Origin: Azolla caroliniana
Lineage: Eukaryota > Plantae > Polypodiophyta
Reading direction: 5' to 3'
NCBI GenBank assembly: GCA_043228905.1
Contig: JBHGNT010000006.1
Coordinates: 6,138,001-6,202,000, forward strand
DNA length: 64,000 nucleotides
Below the pieces are notes generated by a model, which saw nothing but the letters and a program-made list of their open reading frames with translations, was not told the DNA's origin and ran no database searches. Both the position numbers and the translations under genes were made by a program. This document shows, in pieces, positions 47,928-63,000 of this stretch. Every line of letters starts with the position of its first letter. The stretch's first letter is position 1.

Positions 47928-48864
47928 TGTTCCAGAAGGTATTTTCATGCATCAATTTGCATTTGCAATGGTGCAACAACCTTAGCTATGACAAACAGGA
48001 TGGTTACAGTATATGATGACAAGGTACTTCTAAGAAGATCTATACCATACACAGTGAATGAATAAGAACGGAGAAAGGCAGAGTGGATGGTCTGGATCCA
48101 AATTTGCTAGGTTGATCAACCAGATACACTACATTTTTAATTTTACTGAAGCAATTGTTAGGATGCCTCTTCTTTTATTCAAAAGTCTTAACCTCATTAA
48201 CCAGAATGTGATGTGTTTTGCTGCTTTCTCATCTCAAAGTACTCGAGCTGTATTCATCCGATCATAACACAAGAAGTATGTATTCGTCCAGATCTTGTAC
48301 TTCCGAAGATATAGAAATTTTGCAGCAAGATATAAAAATATAGCCTGACAAAAATGATATCTTTGTATCACTTGGAAGTGGAATCTGCATGAATTTGTCA
48401 ACCATCAGTTTGCTACCCTTCAGCGGTCAATATCAAATGTGAAAACACACTGGATAGCATCCTTTGTGTTGACGCATGATTGGATGTTAGTCACTCGTTT
48501 TCTTTTGAATAATTTAGAAATTTATTCCTAGAAAGAAATTTTGTTCTTTATATTTCTTTGTACTGTTCTTTATATTTGTTGTAACATATATTGAAATGTC
48601 TATGAGTATCATCTGTTGTGCAATGTGGTGGCTATATACATATATACTGTGCAGAACGGCAGCTCTATATGTATGTATTGTATATGTATGATGGCCTTAC
48701 TATGCATTGTACCATCTTCCATAACTCCTTTTCCAGGTTCACTCAACTTTAATCAGAGCAGCAAAAGATATAATATACGTATAAAATGGTCAATAATAAA
48801 TTGGTTATTATGTTAGTGGTTTCCAAATTGTCTGTCATAATACTGTGGAACAACCTGAGGAAGT

Positions 48865-49235
48865 TCGTATATCTGTTCAAATATATGGTTGTCAAATTGC
48901 CCCCACCTAATAATACCCAGCGTAAATCCCAAAACTACAATGGGTATATGATAATTCATCTTTGCAAAATCTATTCATATTTTCATATCTGTTCAAATGT
49001 ATGGTTGTCAAATTGCCCCCACCTAATAATACCCAGCGTAAGTGCCAAAATTACAAGAGTATATGATAATTCATCTTTGCAGATGATTGCAAGGCATTAT
49101 TGATGTACTTTTTATAAGGGTCCACATCTAATAAACCCAGCCTAAGTGCCAAGATTACAATGAGTATATGATATAATTCAACTTTGCAAACTCTATTTAT
49201 ATTTTCTTAGAGGCAGATGATTGCAAGGCATATAC
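48865..49235. repeat. Degenerate tandem repeat (~110-120 bp, 2-3 copies) between convergent genes
   Basis: atatctgttcaaat.tatggttgtcaaattgcccccacctaataatacccagcgtaa..ccaaaa.tacaa repeats at ~48869 and ~48985, with a partial third copy near 49123. Confidence 0.85.
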
Positions 49236-49898
49236 TTTTTAAAAGGGTATATATTTTCAAGGCATGTACTGTTTGCAAGTCAAGGTATATACGAATATGT
49301 ATAGATTCTAAAAATAGCATCTGCCTCAAGAGATGTATAATATTTTAAGATGATTGCAAAGCAGATGATAAGACAATTGCAAGATATCTACTATTCGTAC
49401 TTATTATTGCAAACAATTTATGGTTTAAGGATGTTTTCAGAACATGTAAATGGTTTCCTACCAGAAAATTCCTTTTACTTAGGCAGCCTATTCTAATTAG
49501 ACATTACAATACATTTGGTATGGCATTGCAAGTCCAGATTTCGTCTTCATAGCTAGGTTCATACTTGGTGTTGTTTGGTTCTGTTGCGCATTATCATTTA
49601 ACACAGCAAAATGTGGCAAATTCATCTAATTAGTTGTGCAAAAACCAGATCTAATGCACAACATAAATTTCACACAAATAACATTAACCTTCAGAGCTAA
49701 ACATGGATCCAGAGTAACTTGAAAAACTGAAAAACACGTCCAGAAGAATCAGCCTCAAAGAAATAATATATGACTACCCAAATATAAAATAAACTTCTCT
49801 TTCCATTAATGTAAATATAGAAAATCAATGTCTTACAATAGATTGGATGACACTGATGACCAAAAAATAGATCTATGAGTTGACATACAGAAAAGACC

Positions 49899-52800
49899 TT
49901 AATTCTTCCCATTGACTACTTTATTGCTTGCATTATTAGATGTCCTAAATTTTGCAGGTGTTGACCTCTCTGATTGAGTGGAAATAATGAATAACTGCAT
50001 TAAGAAAAACACAGTACCAAGACCTCCAGTAAACCATGCTATGCCAATCCAGCTTGACAGCAAAGGTCGTAAAAGCATTCCAGCAACATATAGCAGCAAA
50101 GATGACCACACGAGTACCACCTATATAAGTAGCTCTGTTAGTTTATTTGTGCTGGTTTTGACGTTTGATAGAATAATCAGCAGCTCAATTAACATACCAG
50201 GAGTGGTTTGACTGGTCTTGGAATAGGATTGTACAGTTCCTCTCCAAATGTGTTCTCAGACTTGTATTTTTCCAACAAGTCATCCTGCAAAAATATTTCA
50301 ACCGAATGAAATCATCAAAAAACAGAAACAAATTATACATTATAATCCATAGAATAAGAGATTGTACGAATTGTTTGTACACAGTTCACCTTTCTATTAC
50401 TATAAAATTTCAATAAGATTCCATTATTGCTTTTAACATTTATTTCGTTATCGTTTTACTAACCTTTAAAACAAAAGTATCTTTACACCACTCTGCAAGA
50501 CCTTCTTCAGTCCGAGGCAAATCAGACATAAGACATCTCCTTACATGCAGATGGACCTGCATTTTCAGACACGGATCACAAAATATAAATAGGAAGGCTT
50601 TATAGCATATTAACATGATTTCATAGAAGCTATAAAGCCTTTCCATAGATGATACAATTAACTCTTATGAAACAGAAAGAAGTTCAAAATTACCATCACT
50701 GTCACCCTGTCACCAATTGAATTTAACATACATAATTCCCCGTAAATTTTAAAGATTTCCATTATCAATAGAAATGCAGGCGGAAGGGTTTATTGTGAAC
50801 TATTTTACAAGCAAATTAAAGAAATTCTTAGTTTTTTGTCATTTACATAGAAGAGTCTTTTCTTTAGATTACACAAGTAGGCACCTTCAAAACTAATTAA
50901 TCTATCTAGTAATGAGCCAAGGATCTCAAGATTATAATAATTGAAGGGAGTTACTTGAGGCTATGTCTCAGACCTTTCAACTATCTTGGTCTAAAACAAT
51001 TTTTCTGATTGACTTAAAACTGACTCTCTCCTACAGTGCAATTGGAGTTCAAAATCATTCTGCAGTCTTCAATTATTAATCTCCATTAAGCTCACATGAT
51101 CAAACTGTGTTTTCAAGTTCATATGCAATCAAATGGACAAAGCAGCAAACAATATGATGTGTAGCTTTGCCAGCACGAACTGCTTACAATATGCGAAACT
51201 GTTAAATTGAACGTTCTTTATCTCATTTTATTAATAACCACATTTGCAAGCATGACATTGATGTCGCAATGCTGTAAATGTTTGCTTCTCTCAAATACAT
51301 GAAATATTGCTGCAACATTCATAAAAAGGTCATATGAATGTTTCCTATAATATAAATTAATCTCACGAAGTTCAAAACATAGATTTGAAAGGTTCACAGA
51401 TATCATGATTTGGCAAAGTCAAGTTTCATACATGTTCAGATATAGTTTGAAATCAATACTAGTGTGCTTAGCATGAGAATGTTTGAATATTACCACAGAA
51501 GGTTGACCACCGAGCAACCGCTTCATTGTGGGAGCAGGTGATTCCTTTGGAACAGCAACTGTCACGTCATAAACTGCTGGTACAAAATCACGCAGGTTGG
51601 TAACTGCCGATGTAAAACCCTACATATGCAATACATCCAATAATTGCATCAATAAAAGCTGACATGTCAACAGAAGAAAATCAAGCAATCTGTACTGTGA
51701 AGTATATCTAGTTCAAGACCAGAAAAATGAAGTCATACGATATTTCACCCTTTCACATATTCCATTGTTTCATTACATCACCATAGGAAATAAGAAAGAG
51801 GTTTGAGAAGTTGCAGGAGCAGCATGGCACATGAAAATCTGGAATGGATAATCCAGAATTTGTAGCATGGCACATGAAAATCTGAAATGGATAATTCAGA
51901 ATTTGTAGCATGGCACACTATAATCTGAATAACTCAGATGGCAAAGCCAAAAACCCCAAAATTTCAAGAAAATCTACTTGTTTTCTGGTGTATTCAGGAG
52001 AAGGTTTGAAAAGGAAGAGTGAAGAAGATTTCGCCATGCTCTGGGTAAAAGTGTGCTTTAACAGCAAAAGGTTTTTTAATTACAATTTTTTTTTCAGATA
52101 TCAAAATAATCCAACAGTAAAAGAGAAACAAACAGAAACGTGCATTCAATAATAATAAATTAGCAATCTCCAGAGATTGCAATGTCAGATGAAGCACACT
52201 TAAACTTTTTATTAACCACCTTGGCACCATGAATCCGGTTTTACAAAAAATAATTTACTGCATTCAATCAAACAATTGTATCCAAGTAAATATGTTTCCC
52301 CGCAATATAATTTCAATGAAATCAGAACATTTGCTTATAATGGGCATACAATCTTCAAAGAATAAAAGTACTAAACAATCTTCAGGACTCAGGACACGAT
52401 CAATCATAACAAAGGGTGGCACAATAGACACAATTTTACAAAAGCATTATAGGATACAATAACTATTTATTACTCAGATTTTTTATATAATGTTGTTGAA
52501 CCGCGCATTATCATTCAAAACGACCAGAGAAAGCATAAAAAGTTCACGACATAATACTATATTCATGACATACGCCATACTAGAAAATCCTACTTATGTT
52601 GCTCTTTTGTCCCTGGACATTTCACTTACCTTTGTTCGAGGTATCAGCACATTTCTTGGTTTGGGAAGGCCTGACGATTCAGCATATTCTTGAGCTGCCT
52701 TTAGCTTATCTTCTGTAAAGCGTGTACCTTCCACAAAGAGTGCAAGCCAAAAAGGTTGTGGAAAACCCCTTAAACGTTGGAATCCTACCTGTGTAAAAAT

Positions 52801-54733
52801 GTCATGATATTGACTTCATTTGCAATGCTAATTAAAATCCAACAATTATTGTCACGTTATTTATTACCTTCAATGTTTCCTCATCTTTTGACCAGTTCCT
52901 TTCCAAGAACGTATACTCAGAGAACCACATAGACCATCCGATGACCTTATTGCACAAAAAAACATAGTCCAGAAAGTGAAAAATATATAGCTAAAATTTC
53001 CAAAGGAACGTACAACCACTGACATTCAATTGTAATAACACGAACTTCACTATAGCAGCATAAAAGTTGCAGCAAATGACATGTATTTTAAAACCGAAAG
53101 GATGGACAGCAAAGCAACTACCGGAAAATACTTAAATGCCTTCTTCATTACAGCTCTAGTGCTACCCAGACAACCTACACGCTGCCACAAAAAACAAAAA
53201 GTAATTCAGATATCACGATCTAGATCAAAAATTTATTGTCACATAAAAGCAGAACAAGCAAACCTGAGCTAAAACCCAGCCAAACAGCCAATCTAAATCA
53301 CTTCGATGATTTGATATAACAAGAGCATGTTCTTTACCTGAGAAAAATCCGGAATACATTACAAATCTTGTTCTAAAGGACTCTTAAAGTGGAAAAACGC
53401 CATCAATAAACTGTGAATAATGCAGAGAGACAGTCTTACCGATGTGCTTCCATGCTTCCTTATCCACATATACCCGAATCTGGACATAAAATGAAAAACA
53501 GACATGAAATTTTGTCTAAATTTCAAAGTTCATGCTTAAAAACTCCCCCAGTGCTGAATTCTTGTACTTTATTGCAGGGAATGACTGAAATTTAAGATAT
53601 GAATAGGGCAAGCTTGTATAATTGATATTCTATTATTGAATGAAAACAACTGTTCCTTTGAATGCAGAATCCAGAGTAAAGTCTTAGGAAGCCAGAAAAC
53701 CAAATTATATGCCTTTAATGAAGAAACATGTTTTTCGAAGATCAACAACCAAGTATTCAGGAAGCCAAAACATGAAAATATTTGCAGTTAATGATAAAAT
53801 GAAGTTTTCCTAACTTTAATGCAGAAGACAGGATAAAAGAAATGTCAGTAAATACTTTTAATGAGAAAATGCTTATGAAATTATTGTGAGTTTTAAGGGT
53901 GTAATATGTGGACGAAAGGCTGAGCTTTAATGAAGCAAATTGAATCAAAGAGGTAGAGGAAGGAATGCTTTTCTTTAATTTTTCTTACATGGAGATCTTG
54001 GTTTTACCTTTACTTCAGCCCACCAGTCCATAAGCCAGACGAGCTCTGACCATAGAAGCTCCATTAGGAAGCGATTTGCTCTTCTGTATGCGCTGCGAGA
54101 GAATGGAAGTAAAAGAATACAAGTAAGAACCTGCAAAAACAGAAGGACAGAATTAAGAGAACATGTGATGATGATCACTAGAAAGTTCAGTAAATCCCCA
54201 AATCGATTTTACACAAAGACCAAATGTAGTTGGGTCACTATCTTGTGGTATGCCATGAAAGAAGTTAAGGACGAATAAGACATGCCAAACAGCTCAGAAA
54301 ATATTATGTTTTGTGCATAATCTGGAGCTAAATACGAGGCAGAGATTAAAGCTCAGAAATGATCCTACTTTGCTCAAATAGAACTACAAAGGGATCAGAG
54401 ATCAAAGCGCAGCAAGATCCAGTTTTACATGCAAATTAAACTAGAAACTCATGAGAAACTATAACAATTTTATGCAAGAGGATGTTGGATTCTGCATGAT
54501 TAATGCACATAAGCCACACATGAAAAGCTGCATAATATTCTTCCTGAGAAATTCAGGGGTGACATGCTTAATCAGCACGACCATCGAAGGTCGCACATGA
54601 CGAAAATATGCAACATGTAGATGAAGTTGAGCATGAGATCGTTCGTTTATACCTGCAACGCATTGACCACGATTCCGGAGAAGATGAAGAGGAGACCGAG
54701 AGGGAGAACGATCGACAAAGAGAACAGACTCAT
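49899..54733 (-). CDS. LPAT2: 1-acyl-sn-glycerol-3-phosphate acyltransferase, ER-type LPAT2 (~380 aa)
   Basis: 11 exons on the minus strand: 54733-54653, 54130-54008, 53479-53440, 53337-53264, 53181-53122, 52945-52868, 52788-52630, 51619-51494, 50556-50464, 50284-50198, 50120-49899 (1143 nt, phases consistent). Acyltransferase motifs [30 protein letters not shown]; C-terminal QSERSTPA. Confidence 0.95.
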
Positions 54734-54739
54734 GGCTCG

Positions 54740-55320
54740 CTGTCTCTGTCTCTGTCTCTGTCTCTGTTTGTCTCTGTCTCTCTGTGTCTGTCGGGAAGAG
54801 CTGAAATGTTATTACGTTATCTTGAAAACTCAGAGGAAAGAGCATACATACATACATACATACATACATACATACATACATACATACATACATACATAGG
54901 ATGGATGGATGGATCGATGCCATAATCAGATTCATCCCTGGTATGAAAGAAATTAATGCTCCTTACCCACCTATATGGTATTATACCTTATACCCATGCA
55001 GCCATCCATACATGCATTCATACATACATACTATACCCATGCATCCGCCATAGCCATCCATGCGTACATTCATACTTACAATATTACATATATATCTATA
55101 TATATATATATATATATATAATATACCCATGCATCCATGCACATACATATATTATTCATGCATGGGTATATATGTATGTATACATACATACTATACCCAT
55201 GCATCATCCATAGCCATCCATGCGTACATTCTTACGTACATATATATATACCCATGCATCCATGCATATAGTCATACATACATATATTTTTCATGCATCT
55301 GTGTACGTATGTTGCATATG
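54740..55320. repeat. Microsatellite cluster upstream of LPAT2: (TGTCTC)n, (CATA)n, (GGAT)n, degenerate atacccatgcatcc units
   Basis: Direct reading of the sequence. These repeats explain the low-complexity ORFs here. Confidence 0.9.
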
Positions 55321-57026
55321 TTTCTCTTACTTTTTCTTCATAAAGCTTTGGTTGGTTGGTTGGTTGGTGTAGTAGTTTGCTTGTACCTCTACCAACGCAT
55401 GAATTCGGCCAAAAAAAGGCTCTGTGGTTCCTTCAAGGGCTGGTGTATCAGGTGTCACATCCTCTCGTTGTCTCTCTACATGACATGCTCTCTCCTTGTT
55501 GAATGGGCTTAACTCCTTTTAAAAGGTTTCTAGTCGATTTTTTAATTTTCATTTAAGATTTACGTCTTTTTCTTTGAGTGTTGTTGCCTTAAACATAGCC
55601 TGTAGCATTGTGTTGTAGGCGAAATTGAAGACATGTATAAATCTTGTATTTATGCACTAACTCGTAGGGTCGTATCTTTGGTATTTCTACCCTATAAATT
55701 AGTTGGGGCTCTCTCTAGGTGTTTTTGGGTATGTTGGTATGTTTAAGCGTGCTTGTAGGTATGTGTTTGCCAAGTTGTGTGTAAAAGATAGAGTAAAAGA
55801 AAAAGCCCTTTGTGTCTCGGCCAACAAATAAAGTCTTTTAAAGTTATTTACAAAAAGCTAATTAAGAAGGAAAGAGAAGAATATCACTACAAAAATATCC
55901 CATCTACTCCATGGATGATTCATTAGGATATTCATGGCACAATGTTAATGGTTTGTGGTCATATAGGTTGCAAACTGTACTATATTCCTATTTATTTATT
56001 CATTCATTTCAATGTGGATAGTCATTGAACAATGTTAATGCTTTGTGATCTTTACCCTGTCAATGTGGAGTCAAGTTTTTGGGAAGATTGCAAACTCTTT
56101 CTTTCTTTGCTTGAATTCATAACCAAACCTCCTATTTGAAATGGTGGGATGTTGTTTTACCCTAATTGCAATTGTTGTTGTCCTTCAAGAAAGCAACAAG
56201 ATTGAGAGCACGCTAAAACAATGTTTAACATAGAGCAAGTGATGATAAATTTGATCTTCTAAGTGTCTTTTTGTTGTGACAATGACCTATGATGAAATGT
56301 AATGTGTTTTCATATTTTGGAGGAAAAAATCGAAAGAAAGATCTTGTTTAATTTAGAGTTAGAAAGAGCAGTTTTGATATGCATGCCTATCGAATTGTTC
56401 TTCCATAACAAGGCGATAAAATGTAACCCCACTTTCATGTTCAAAATGTATGATTCAATGTGCTTTTGTTTGACATACCTCGGTTTTCATGAGATATTCA
56501 TATATATTTTTGTCCAATGTAGGACATACATATGTTACAAGAGTTAAGCAATGTGCCCCTCATCTTGCTTTCATTTACCAATCTCTAATGCTCTCATCAA
56601 TTGTCCATCCAATGTCCACAGCTAATATTGCCAATGATCGTGTAGCTAAATATTATAAGCTCTCCCTTGGGAAACACACCATGCAAGTCGAAAGCTCAAA
56701 AAAGCTGGAAGATTATATGTGAAGGTAAACAAAATCTCCATTTGTGAAAAGACACCTTTTCAATTAGTAAACCATCTCACAAACTCTAGCACGTTCAATG
56801 ACGACAATTCGTTTGCATATACAAAAACGTTAGTACCATGTGGACATCTTTGGGAAATTCTCAAAAAGAACACAAAGTGAGTAGAATACATTTCATTTCT
56901 GTACTTTTATATTCAAGGCCCCATAATTATAGCTCTGAGGGGCAGGAAAAGAATATTTCAAACTCTGTATGGCTTCAAATACAATCATGTACACAAGATA
57001 ATCGAATATTTCATCCAACCATCCCT

Positions 57027-60000
57027 TTAAGTTCCTTTAGTAATACTGGTGCTCTTCTGAGCTTCAAACCATTCCTTGGATTCCAATGTTTTGTTGAGAG
57101 CTTCATATGCAATAAAAGAAATGGCAGCAGCTGGAACAAGCTTCAGTAGATTGGGTAGCAGTCCTACAAGATATTGAAAATTAGTTTAGCGACAGTATCA
57201 TAACTTCCATCCCATATTGTGAAATTGCTCAACAGTAACAAGTTTTTCTCCCTACCCCTGAGTGAGCATTTTAGCTCTCATTAGGCTATGAAAATTCTAA
57301 TCAGAATTTGTGCTTGAGCACGAGCAAAATATCTACACGATAAGAAATGTTTATCCTCTATTCAAATTCCCCAAGACCATGAAAATGTTTTAGACAGCAA
57401 AAACATCAATCCTTTAATACCAGACCCCTGCATATATATCCTTTCAATAAATATGATGGCATTTTCTCATCAATAAATGATTCAAACTTAAAATTTTAAT
57501 TGGACGTGGCAGACAATAGTTATGCCTGGAAACTAATGTGTATTCGAGTTCTAGGTAGTGGTAACAAAATGTAGGTGAGTTGCTCATAGCTGTGATGGAG
57601 GCAGCACCCAACATGCCTCTGAAAAGATTGACGTTGTTGGAGCAATGGTGGTCCAAACTTGTAGAAAAATGAAATGATTCTCAAATTTGATGTCAATGCC
57701 ATGATTTTGTGAATCAAGAATGAAAATCTAGCAAAAAACTCATAATAAATCAAGAAAATCTTTTGACGGAGAACTAAGGATGACTTATTACCATTTCTAA
57801 AGAATTAATAAGCCTACTTTTGAAACTTTATATTGGCTAAAGAAATTAAGAAATCAAATTTCATATCAAGGAGAATTAACTTATGCATGCCTACATTAGT
57901 ATAACTTTCCTCAGTTCACCTGCATAAAGACCCTTCAGCCCTTCATCTTGTATAATGAGTCGGAAAGCATCAATCATATTGTGGCACATGATTGGTGATT
58001 GTTGCAATGCTTGAGCCTACATGAAATTACAAACTGATTATCAAAGGCTAGATGAAGAGGAAAGATTTGGGGAAATTAACAAGCAGTACAATTTTGAGCT
58101 TTGGTATGGTCACATGCAGATTTAATCATCTTCTCTATAGATGTGGCCAGCAGATTCACACTAACTAGTTCTGTTCAGGTTTGCACAAATACATTCAAAG
58201 TTAAAATACTTGAAAGGCAGCTCAAACCTGTAAATGCCTTTGCAATGTTTCTAATGGATATATGGCCACTTGAGCGGCTGCTCCCCCAAGGACACTGCAA
58301 CACCACACGTATATGCCTAATTATGTACCATTCAATAATCAGATCTACAAAACTGCAAACTATAGAATGGCATATCCCATTAATCCGACAAAGGCAAAAA
58401 AAACAGAGTAATTACTTCAGGAAACTGTAAATCACAAAAAAATGGTATTTTACAGTTTTGTTTTGTCCTCCATCACACCAACTCTTTCCACTTTTCAAAC
58501 ATATGAGGGATAATGGGAAATGAAGCTAATAGTATTTTATATGCTTTCAATAGCCTGAAATGTTTCTCCTGTAGACACATCCTTCCATATGCACCACAGC
58601 AGGAAGCATAAGCTAACAAAGAATGAGTATATCCATTCCAGTGTAAACTTCAAATATCATTGAACTTGAGGCACAGTTAAAATCCAAGTACACAAAGGAA
58701 AAGTAACTTTTTTCACACAGCAGGTTTCACAATTATATTGGATGGCAGTGTGCTACTATCCTAGAACCCCACAGCTATTGATACACAATTAAGCCATGAT
58801 GTTCTTGAACTAGAAATGGCCGGGAATTATGTACATAAACAATATATCTTGGAAATAAAATGTGGCAACAAATAATTTCTAGTGCAAGAGAACAGATAAT
58901 CATTCATACGTATGGAAAGTATAGAAGTAAATTTCTAGAATCTAATGTAAAATACAAATAGTAGCAACGCAAACATCAAACATGTATTAAATCTACAAAA
59001 TACACTTCTTGTATGCACATACACAAAGTATTATACATTTACATAAACAAAAATATACCAGCTTCCCCATGCATAAATCTCTGTGATTGATCACATAATT
59101 ACCTGTCATTCTGTACATATAAGGTTTAATGGTTGGATTACTCCTGGCAAAATGGGTTGAAGGTGCACAAAGACAAGTGAATAAAATTTCTTTAGGTCCA
59201 TCTAGAAAACTATGAAAAAGTTCGTCAGTGGAAAAAGATGGATTTTTGAAACTCCTCCAGTTTGTACGAGAAACAGGCATAATCAGTGTGTGCGAAGTCA
59301 GAGAAAATGAGTGAATTGTCTTGGTTCTTGGAGAGTCGAATTCTCTCATCCGGTTGGTAGTTGACATCAAAAAATGGTTCAGAATATGGGATGTGAAAGA
59401 TCTCCTAGAGCTTTCAAGTGATGCTATGAAAGATGAAGTTATTGAGGAAAGATTAATGGATCCACTAAGGACGACATGGAAAGATGCTGAAAGGATCAAA
59501 TTCGAAAATTACATTGCAAACATCAATACTGAACATTGGGTTTTATATCAGGCAAGAAGGCCTATTGATTGTATTCAACCTTACCTCATTACTAACCTGA
59601 GTATTAACTCTCATAGAGCCCTAACACTCCTTCACACTCGATCACACAGCCAAGGTATTGAAGTTGCATTACGGAATCAAAATCAGCCAAGTATAAAGAC
59701 ATGTAAGGTATGCATGTAAGGGCTAGTAGAGGATAAAATATCACTTGTTTTTTACATGCTCTGTGTATAGTGCAATTCGTGAAAGCTATGATGATATATT
59801 AAGAGGGGGTGATGACTTAAGTATCATACTAAAGAGAACACCTAGAAGGTTGAGCTCATACGTGTATGCCAAATTTTGATAATCAGGGGTAGGCTTTTCA
59901 GAATTTTTGAACACCTAGACTCAAGGGTAGGCTTTTCAGAATATGTTCACGTTAACCGTGTCTGCATTTGTGACACGCCACAGTGGAATGCCCTATAGAT

Positions 60001-63000
60001 GGATATAATCCTCTCTTTCCAGAGCTGAGAATTGGCCTGCTTAGAGCACAGCTAGAAATTGACATTTGTTGTGTTCTTCATTATCCTCTCACAGACCACA
60101 TTAAACTCATAGAAGATGCATTATGGGCATTGTAAATGAATCAGAGCTGAAGGTGGATAACTTACCCAAAGCAAACAGTTGGTAATGGTTCTAATTTGCC
60201 CCCTGGGCCATGTTTCTTTCTGTACATTTGTTCCAACTCATTGTAAACAACACAATTGAGAGCAAGATATGGTAGGGTACGCATCTGCTTAAAAAAACAA
60301 TGTCATTCGATCTAAAACAATGTAAAAAAATAGTGCTGTTTTAAGCCTGGACATTAGTTTAACAAACCATGCTTGGTATGATCCCTCTGTAAACTCCTGA
60401 GAAACCTTTGTCCTTGAGTATCGCTCTAGTGGATTCAAAGATTCCTATCTGGGTTCCAGCTACTTGAACTGTCAGTGCTGTTCGAACCGTATCAATGGGA
60501 TGAGAAATGAGAGTGCCTGCCATTGACACAGCTGCTCCTAAAAGCATGACCTCAGTGCCATTTAAATCAGTCTTGTTGGCCTTCCTCAACACCATTTCCT
60601 TTGAATTACTGTATAAGAGATACTCCAATATCTGGTAGTTTGAAGAGAGTGAAAAACAGGAAAAAAAACATGGGTTGAAAGAAATATTAGATATTCATTT
60701 ATAAAACTCTCATTATGTATACAAAATATGGCTCTTGACGGCTTACAAACAGCATCATATTGATGACAACAATCATTAATTATATAAAACTTTCCCATTT
60801 CCTTGCATATAATAAAATGGTAATAATAGCCAACAGTCGTTGCCCACCTTTGTTGGAACTATCCTAAGAACATTAAGCAGGTTCCCTCTGAAAAGACCAT
60901 GAATGCCTTCTTCTCTGCAAAATTTTAAGATCCAAGATAAGAAAAGCATTACAAATTTTTAACAAAGCTTTGGATGATAGTTCTATTAAGAGCACTAACC
61001 GCCAAAGTTTTATAACTGCAGAAGGAAGACCATTTTTGGTGAAGGTTGAATTCCCAACCATGGATAGAATCTGGAAGAATGTGACAAAACACCTAAAAGT
61101 CATGTTTCACATTCAATCAATAAGTTTTCCCCATTGATGGATCCACTTTTTACTAAAATTGACTGCCTACTGTACCCCTTGAAACATCATCTACTCTAGT
61201 TGCAGAAGCAGAATGGTAAAACTGTGAGGAAAGAGTCTCTACCTTGTGCGCCTTACAAACCAGTGGCCAGGTAGAAACCCGTGCTTTAGAACCAGTTCCC
61301 AATAGATCTAGAGAACAGTTAATTCTAGCATGTGGTATGTTGTTAACTAAGGATGTGGTTCAGATATTCAAATTTCAGAACTTATCTATATGGCTATGTT
61401 ATGCACAAATCTTCATCTTTTTCCTTAGATAATTGACATATTCATTGTAGTAACATGACTGCCACTTCAAATTTTAATATATATAATGGATTATCATATC
61501 AGTACTGGCAAAAATATGTAATAACTTTAATTGTATCATATCTATTTTAGCCTGAAAATATCATTCAGTCCATTATCTCCTACAAAAACAACTATACTCA
61601 ATGGTGATACCTTGACACGTTCAAGGGGAGCCACTGCTGTTCTAGACACAAATCCAGAGACAACACCAGAAAGAAGATGATTTAAAGCCTTCTGTTTTGA
61701 TTTTTGCTGTTCTTCTTGTCTCCTTATAAAGTAAGGTCCTGGGCACTCAAATAATTTAGTTACCCTGATAATCTATTAAATATGCCTTATCAAATGACAT
61801 TTTAACTAAAAGTGAAGCATGGTAGTAAGAAACACACCAGAAGAAACCGGAAATGAAATATCAGCATCCCCAAGGTCAAGCTTAGCTCTCCCCCATACGT
61901 CCCCTGGATCCCGTAAGTCTTTGAAACTTGTAACCATCAGAAGTTCCCTGGTACAATTCTTACAGATATAGTTTTTACATTAAGAAGTATAAACATATAT
62001 ATTATTTAAGAACTGAAACTTACCTAATATGATTCTATGTTACAAAAATTACACAAGTATGCTTGGTTTAAGCTGAATCACGTGTAATTTAATATTACAA
62101 AATGGATCATCACATTCTGGTCAATAATTAAGAAATGAAATTTGTTAATAGTATGACTTGCTTACTAACTTTCCTAAGATTAGAAATCGGCATGCAATTC
62201 TAGGCAATAATTAAGAAATGAAATTTGGTAATAATATGACTTGTTTACTAACTTCTCTAAGATTACAAATTGGCGTGCAATAAATGAGAGAATTAGAACC
62301 TTAACTTATTAATTTTGCTTCCAGTTTGAAACTAGTTTTGTACTTATTGGAAATACTAGAAAAGACTTTGGATAATTATTGATCATAATTAGAAGTAGCA
62401 TCAATTAGATGCTATATTAACTGATACTTTTTATAATGATTATTAGGATAATTAGTTAATGTATACTATAAATATATTTATGCAATTTAACTATGCGTTG
62501 TTCTTGTGATTAGGAGGCTCGAGTTTGACCAAACATATTCGGGTAATTTTTAAAAATAAATACTGCTTCTGTAAGTTCCCATTAAATAAATAAAATTATG
62601 TATATACATATATATGTTAGAACCTGAATTCTGCAAAATCAAATACTTGGCCAGATCGATAATATCCTGATGCCCTTAAAATGCTTCCTCTTGCATGAAA
62701 CCCATGGACCACTTTCTCGACGTCACTGTCTGTAATCCTTTGTTACAAAAAAATAGAGCAATAAGAACAGACATAAACAAAAATAATGGAGACACTTTTA
62801 GTCATTATAACAAGTTGTATGACACAAGCATAATAAAAAGCTATACTGAGTTAAAAGTTTTAAAAGATAACATTCCATTTAGACAATCGACCTACAGCAT
62901 AAGCAATTCCATATTATCAGGAAAAAATCTGTTGATTAAGCAGTATGAAAGTGGAAAAAAAGAACATCTATGGGAATAAGAAAAATAGATATATGTAGAA

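Noticed and set aside
54459-55512. ORFs rich in YIHT/CMYV
   Set aside because: These are translations of (CATA)n, (TA)n and (TGTCTC)n microsatellites upstream of LPAT2.
55885-55900. CACTACAAAAA as a CACTA transposon terminus (also cacta at ~18514 and ~39940)
   Set aside because: I found no matching inverted end, 3-bp TSD or convincing transposase sequence.
57444-57656. ORF containing LFRGMLGAASITAM as an alternative carrier exon
   Set aside because: The carrier frame is complete without it, splice phases are not convincing, and the resemblance is only a few residues.
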